64,000 nt of DNA from Fistulifera solaris (taxonomy: Eukaryota): contig AP026124.1 in NCBI GenBank assembly GCA_030295235.1, forward strand, positions 1,240,001 to 1,304,000, given 5' to 3'. A program made the position numbers and the translations under genes. Position 1 is the first letter of the stretch; each line of letters opens with the position of its first letter. This document shows positions 57,119 to 64,000 of this stretch, piece by piece. The notes under the pieces are model-generated. The model ran no database searches, was not told the origin of the DNA, and worked only from the letters and a program-made list of their open reading frames with translations.

Positions 57119-60100
57119 CTATTGATATTTGTCGTGATTAGCACCACTGCGATCAGGTGCATCTTGCGAATCCATACTGCCGTTACGATAGAATAAAATG
57201 GAAGGACGCCTTTGCGTGCCTCGTCGCGCTCCTTTCTTCAAGTTATTTAGCATTTTTGGCGTCGTGCTTCTGTCATATCGGGCTGGACTTCGGCAAAAGA
57301 GGTTCTGGCGGCCAGTCAAAGAATCGTTGGTACATCAAAGGCTTGTAGGGCACAACGACTCCGTGGATCTCTCGTGAATCTATATCAGTAGCCACGCTTT
57401 GCTCAATGTCGTGTCCACCTTTACGGTGCTTCGAAGTAAAAACAGGTTGATCGCCCCGAAGCTTGGGATCGACGCCTTGGGTGTCCTCGTGAAAATGTTT
57501 TCGAGCTGGCGGCAAATGCCCACGCTCTCTCAAAAGTCGTACTGCCCAGTTTTGCGGTCCTAGAGAGATGTTGAAAAGCGATTTAGATACGTCAGGCGGA
57601 GATGGATGGGATGTGAGCGCCCAACATATTCTTACCAACTAGCCAGAAACCAAAAATGAACAAGAAGAGTCGCCACGGGAAAATGAATAGGACAACAGAT
57701 AAGCACAAGCTGAATAGCGACAACAGAAACGTGAACATTGGATCCTGCCAAGTAGCAATATTGAAGGCCGCTCGGAATAAGCAAAGAAAGGAGTAGAGCG
57801 ATCCTATTATTGGCTCCACATACAGTCCCAAGCGAGCAATGAAAGGATTCGAGTGAGAATATTGCGCGACATTCAGCAGCTTGTCCAGCTTCTTCTTTGC
57901 ATCTTTCCTCTTTCTCCCTGGCTTCTTAGAATCACCGAAATAGAGAGTATCACGGCGAGGAATTGCGTATGGTTGGTCGTCAAAACAATGCCAAGTCAGC
58001 TCATGCACTTTGTCCTTGATATCAAGAAGATCGTCGGTAAGCTTTTTGCCTGTACTTGGACCCTCAACATCGATATTCTGCTCAGGCCAGGACTGAAGCG
58101 GATCGTAATCGTCGGCGAATACCTCATCAGGAGTAACTGCACTCACGCTGGAAGGCATTGAATGAGTCTCAAAACCATCATTAATATGATCCATTTCACC
58201 GGGTCCCGTACTGTGAGTTGGTTGCATCGACGACAAAGTAAACTCTGACTCATCCGCACTATAGGTGCGTCGATAACGTCCAGGTCGAGGATGGGCGCGT
58301 TGTATCATCGTGTCATCACTATGTCCTCGTCTCATACGAGGTGTAGCCCTATATCTCAAAGGATAAGAGCGCTGTTGGATTGGAGCAATGACTCGATTGC
58401 TCACCATCGCCGAAGAGGTGGTCAGCCCATGAGTCAAACCTTTCTGAATTGGGTTTACCACATGGTTGAGGCCTGTCATTTCAGTCAGCTCTGTCGCGGC
58501 AGTTTGAAGTTTGACTCCAGTTTTCGTAGCAGCTGATTGAATTTGTGCTGCAGCCTTTCGACCTGTTCTTTTCACTGTCTTGGCAGCCTTTCTACCAGCT
58601 CCAACGACGGCTCTACCCGCCGTAAAATTGTTCTCTTCTTCGTCATACTCCTTCATTCCTGAGATATCTTTTCTCATTAGGTCAGGGATATTCACGTCAA
58701 TCGGCAAATTTGGCAAGTTGTGCATATCGATAGGAAAACGAGCGCCAATGCTACCTCGTCTTTCAACACCCAAATGTCCGTCAATATTTTCAACTAGTGC
58801 AGCATCTTCGCCAGAATGGCTTTGACCAGAGGATTTTTCGCGCTCGCCTTTGTGGTCTACCAAGCATTCCCTCGTTCCGAATTTCGGATAGTCATAATCG
58901 TTTGAATACGGAAATTCAAAGTGGTAAGTCCGGTTTTCTTCCTCATCGACGCTGGGGTCTTTAAATAAACCAAGAATTTTGAAAAGAGCTATGCCGTGAT
59001 GAGAATGAGTCTTGAATGTCGGGCCCAAGTCAATTGATTGATCGGTATTTCGCTTCGAAGTGAAAGCGCGAACACGACCCAGCGACAAAGGCTCAATCAC
59101 ATGCTTGCCCGTTTCACTCCCAAAACAGAAAGCCATGAACATTTCTTCCCATGACGGAGGAATGAATCCAGTCGTCAGAGGTATTTCGATTCCGTAGATA
59201 ACGTAGGTTCTCATCAAAAATAGCACAAAATAAAGTACTAGGTACGCAGGTACCAATGAAAACGAGTTCATGTAGATGCAATGCATCCAAGATGAAAAGA
59301 TGAATCCGGAAATTGAGGGATTAACCCAATGTCGTATCCCCCAAAAGCCATGACGCAAGGCAAGAAAAATATATTTCCGCGTGAAGTTAAGCTCTCGGAT
59401 GCTTGCCCTCATCTGATGGAACGTAAATCGACCCGGAAGATGGGCACCATGAACAGTAATAGCGATGTTTCGGAAAGCCTTTTCATCTGAACAATTAACA
59501 GTAACGCTAACATCCGGTTTCGTATGTTGAGGAAGTGGAATTTTCAGACTTTTCGGAAAGTACGATAATAGTGCATCTCGTTCAGACTTCCAATTCAACG
59601 TGAAACGGAGGCGTATCGCTCCACGTTTCCGACGCGAGTAAACATGCGTAGACAACCGCAATGGAAGAGTCACGTCGTATGTACTCGAGGGCCGCAGTCT
59701 AGCTAGGTCAATCGCAACACGACCAGCAAAGTCATCTTTTTCCCGTCGGTTGTCATCATCAAAAACACCGACGTAAAGTCGAGCATAGCCGTGGAATATC
59801 GGAAAGTCACAAGCTCGTCTACACTTTCGAAGCCAGATTGGGTTGATTCTGTTTGGGATGACATCCGTCGCAAAAGCATACGAGCCGCATACAAGGTAAA
59901 CCACGGCATCGGTGTCCGACGTGCGATCAAGTTTAGGCAAGCCAAAACACTGAAGCACTTCTACTCTAAGTGACCCTATCTCCTTGAGAGTGCATGACGG
60001 GATACGCAAATCGTGAAATTTTTCCGACGGAAGCACCATCTCCTCATGTAGCTCTTTTCGTGTCATCCATCGGTGTGGGTATGCGTAGCTTGGCAGAACG

Positions 60101-61022
60101 CGGTATTCCTTGTCACGAACATAGCGCGAATTCGAACCGCGAATAAGCCTTTCCACATCCTTGGTCGTATATTGGTTGATCGGATCATCAAGCGCTTCAC
60201 TTATGTCTAAATCCCTCGTATCTGCTGCAAAAACATGACTGCTGTCTCGTCTTCGCCGTACTTGGTTTTGATCTTTTGAATGCCAGGGCGCTGTTAATGT
60301 TCCAAAAAGGTTTTCTTCCTAATGGATTCTGATGAAAGACGCTCGACTTTTGAGAGAGCCTTCAGCCATAACGCTTTTTCGTGACTGCCTTTGCTACAAC
60401 GGAACTGTATTCGAAACGCTTTATTCTTTCCCATGGCCTTGACGACTTCCTTGCGAAGTTCGTCAACAGGATCATGACGATCATGCGTAATCGCTGATTT
60501 TACTGAATCAGATTCTGTCATAGACGAAGTCTGATTGTATTCGCTGAATAACTCGTTCAGTTGCTCCAGAGTATCCTCGGTCGAAGGAACTTCCACCTCG
60601 AAAAGACAAGGATCATTCGCTACATCTTTTGCTATCCACTGAATATCACAAGGAATATATAGCTCAAGATTTTCCATCCGTCGTATAACGGCTGCATAAG
60701 AGAGACTTCGTTGCAAGCGGCTGTAGACATTGCGAAGAACAGTCCTGGCAGGTGCGTTGTCGGGTACCTCGCTTTCTGTGTCTGGAACATCGGTAAAGAT
60801 CTTTATTGAACCCCCATTTGTGAACGATAGTGACACATAGCGTCTCTTTACGCGACCCGAGCTCCCCCTACGGCAGTATAAGCACCCATCTAGTGATACA
60901 GGATTCGACTGGTTTCCCAGCTCGGGTCGAAAGGAGACCTTTCGTTCGCTTGCCGATGCTGCCTCCGTCCTTTGCAGCAATGGTCGACCACCCCCATCGA
61001 CAGCTTGAATTTGGACTCGCAT
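57119..61022 (-). CDS. C2-domain, C-terminal transmembrane (MCTP-like) protein with an N-terminal PH-like region
   Basis: C2 domain GSLRVEVLQCFGLPKLD...GVFDDD...DDFAGRV, PH-like EKALWLKAL and a hydrophobic hairpin WQDPMFT...FIFPWR. Indel near 60305 and intron 57635-57560. The 3' end is 57273, or 57119 if further indels are assumed. Confidence 0.75.
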
Positions 61023-61608
61023 CAGATAATAATTTAAACGAGTTTCCTATTTTGTTGTGTCTTAAAGCAATTGCAGACTTGAAATCTTTCACAACGCGTT
61101 TTGAAAACAGTCGGTCACAGAAGTCACAACAAATAATAATCAACCCGCAAACGCAACGGTTTGCGAGAGAAAAAACTAAGAGGCGGGAACGCACATCGGC
61201 TTAAGTACACTTCTTTAATTTGTGTCTTACTGGTAATGAGCAGTGTTTGCCTCCCACTCAAAATCTCCCTCCACCAGGACTATCTTTTTTAAAGTGGAGG
61301 GTATTTTCGATCATCAGTCCTGGATCACATCATTCCCGCTGTCATGTTAAGTTGACAACGATAAAGACAGATGGCTCAAAATTTCGCTCTTTCTTAGCTT
61401 TTGTAGAATTCTTTTCTCATGATTACAACAATCGACAGTTACATGAGCTTGGATCATTACAAAAACGTGGAGAACATCTCCCACTCCGTTATTAGCTTTG
61501 ACATTACGTGCAGTAAAGTAGGCTTGCCATCAAAGTAGCGCTAGCAAACTTTATAAATGATGTAATCATGGTCAAAAGAATGCCAATATTCGCTCTCTAT
61601 TCTTAATG

Positions 61609-62615
61609 CTAATCAATTTTCTTCGCCACGGCTTGCGCAGAGTGGACGAGGCAGCCAGTCAAGAGGCCAACTGTCACAAAGACGCCACCAACGATACTTA
61701 TCAAAGACGACAGAAACACAAGAAAGCTGTCTCTTCCGTTTGAATGATATACAGCCAACGGCGTGAAGTCATAGTTCAGAACGAGGCCTGGCAAAAGGCC
61801 ACGCCTTTGGTAACCAGCGTGGCGGGTTGAATGGTGTGTTCTGACAATGACACCTGATATGCAAGTGTTTCCGTGAAAAGTTTCTTGTACATTGTGGGAA
61901 TTAGCTTGACTTGAATATGCTCAACAGCAATACCTCCATAGGCATTTTTTATCCAATGTCCGCGTTTTTCCAGAGGTTTTTCCGTTGCGAAAGGAAAGGC
62001 GTCGCCGAACTGTATATTATGAATAAAGTGCGAAACATTAAAATGACTCAGCTCAGCAGCCATGGTGCTTTCATCAGCTAACCCTAGCATTGCAATTTTC
62101 CGACTAGACTCAATCCATGCAGGGCGTGATATGCCAATCGTTAGCACACCGGAAACGACTTGTGGGCTCAAATGACCGACAACCGTGCATCCTTTACCTC
62201 TTTTGAATGCGTTATTGGATGCGGCTGCGTCATAATTCGTGGGCGCATACATTTCAATGGAGTGTTTGCCATGAATTTTTTCCAATTCTCCGGTAAGAAG
62301 AGACGCACCGTCGAGTGATATGTCGAGTTGATTGCAGGATAGATGAGGGAAAGTCACGTGCAAGAACAGAGGAATGCGCCCTTTCGTATTCCGACCTGGT
62401 CGTGCATCCTCTGTCAAAAGTGATATCGGTGTGGATTGCGATCTTGCCAAGTGCAACGAATGTTGAGTAGTGCCAATTGTATAGGACACTAATTGTGCGA
62501 CAAAAAGCAACCCAGCACACGTAGCCGCAATGGCGGTGATTGCGCCTCCCACTGCACTCTTTTCCTGAAGATCAGGTCTTGTTTTCGCAAATGCATCAAG
62601 CCGACGAAACCCCAT
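61609..62615 (-). CDS. ER-Golgi intermediate compartment protein (Erv41/Erv46/ERGIC family)
   Basis: Motifs RRLDAFAK...SAVGG, VTFPHLSC, NVSHFIHNIQFG, PGLVLNYDFTP and SIVGGVFV, with a terminal KKID. One missing T near 61794. Confidence 0.88.
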
Positions 62616-63440
62616 TGTCAAATTAGCAAGGTTTGTTTAGTTATTACTTGAAAACCATTACCCCGGCGTATTGTGTATTTTTTCTTTTTGCGTTGCGGGT
62701 TGCGGGTCCTATAGACTGGTACCGGTACCGGCACCCTCGATAAATTTCCCTACGAGGCCAACGTGAAGTCTACGTAGACGTTATTCGAGGCCTTGCACCT
62801 TTCAGTTCGAATTGGTGACGATTACTGTAAATCATCATAGAATTGTACAATGCAAATGCCACTGGAGGTTTGATTATCGTTTATCGTGACAACGATATAA
62901 AATATAAAAAGCTCATCTTGATGAATGATTCATGACTCGTGACCCCACAAATCATCCAGTCATGAAGAAAGGTCGCCTACTCTTGGGAGTAGAGCAAATT
63001 AGGGGCACAGTATTCCGGAAGGATTTACGCCATGGAGAATCGACTAGTGCATGGTAAGTGCTGCTGAAGGTCTTTGAAAGACTAGAGAAGATAATCGAGC
63101 TAGCAGAATTAATGGAATTATTCAGATAGATGTCTCGCTTGAACAGATCACGATTCATGACTGAAAAGCAGTCGTGGTAAAAAACCAACACCTTGCTAAA
63201 AATCCAAGGTACGTTTTGCAGGGGCTTGGTTTGCTTGGCGCACGACTTGGCAAAATCTACGTATAGTTGAAACACGAGAAAGACAATTTATGAGTGCAAC
63301 GCACGGAAAAACTTTTGATTAGGCCGCGTCGTTCAAAACTCAATTTAAATAGCATCGACCCAGCCGATTCAAAACGAGTAGAGCCCAATGTTCCTCATCA
63401 ACACTCCATCAACTTTCTGATAATATTCGCAGAATATAAA

Positions 63441-63977
63441 TCACAGCTCTTCCGACTGCGATTGGGATTTGGAGTCCGATGAAAAGTAGGTTACGAACGG
63501 GAAAACTTTCTTCAAGAAAACCATCGTCTGAGAGAAATCGAAAAGTTCTGACTTTCCCAAAGCCTTGGCATACTCATTGCAATCAGGTTCCCCAAGAAGA
63601 AATGTTTCTCCCATACTCAGTGGGGCGTAATGCGTACACATTTGGTCGTCGACACTGCAAGTAGTAATAACAACCGCAGTGGTACCTCCACCCGATTGTT
63701 CTACATGTTGACGCAGCGCCGGGATAATTCTCCAGGTTAACATCAATGCGGAAATGAATCCATCGGTGAAAGGAAACTGAATAACAGCAGCTTTAGTCTT
63801 TGGAAGAACCTCTGTTTCGTATTTGATCTTTGGCCACAATTCCGCCGCACTCAGTTCAATAAAATCCTCTTCCGTGAATCCGTTGATATCGGAATTTTTA
63901 CTGAGCAATTGCTTGCTTCGATCGTCCTCTTTGGCTGCGAGAAGACCAGCGGCGAATCGCTGCTGGCGTCCGCCCAT
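63441..63977 (-). CDS. Hypothetical protein, possibly truncated by the window edge or spliced to 62952-63275
   Basis: 178-aa ORF with plausible composition and no recognisable motif. Confidence 0.4.
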   Translation of the reverse strand: MGGRQQRFAAGLLAAKEDDRSKQLLSKNSDINGFTEEDFIELSAAELWPKIKYETEVLPKTKAAVIQFPFTDGFISALMLTWRIIPALRQHVEQSGGGTTAVVITTCSVDDQMCTHYAPLSMGETFLLGEPDCNEYAKALGKSELFDFSQTMVFLKKVFPFVTYFSSDSKSQSQSEEL

Positions 63978-64000
63978 GACGATTCGAGGGTCGTCAAAGT

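Noticed and set aside
62952..63275. 107-aa minus-strand ORF
   Set aside because: It has a non-ATG start, no motif, and no confident splice link to 63441-63977.
1..64000. tRNA, rRNA, transposase/retroelement or viral genes, and the many antisense or nested ORFs in the track
   Set aside because: None were recognisable by eye, though tRNAscan/Infernal were not run. The nested ORFs are shadows of the real CDSs.

Overview
Gene-dense eukaryotic nuclear DNA, most consistent with a pennate diatom. The evidence is a fucoxanthin-chlorophyll LHC gene with an ASAAAFAP plastid signal, short (67-126 nt) GT-AG introns and very short intergenic gaps; the species cannot be named from sequence alone. About 35 protein genes can be reconstructed. 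They include two V-ATPase a-subunit paralogues in inverted orientation, two delta-9 desaturases, a MYND-RING-TPR gene flanked by decayed copies, a pair of secreted PPC-like proteins, PUS7, a TrhO/TSTD2-like rhodanese, Rit1, LCMT1, an S1/P1 nuclease, an RRM fused to a RapZ-like C-terminal domain, a full-size ABCG transporter with an 8-nt microexon, LSm3, NDUFA13, an MCTP-like C2 protein and an ERGIC protein. Roughly 15 single-base indels, almost all in homopolymer runs, split otherwise intact genes and look like long-read assembly errors. The main non-coding signals are a ~32-34 bp hairpin/G-box repeat array at 53.0-53.4 kb, GGTACC clusters upstream of gene starts, and two inverted repeats at 28.4 and 29.1 kb. 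All family assignments come from motif recognition by eye; no database searches were run.
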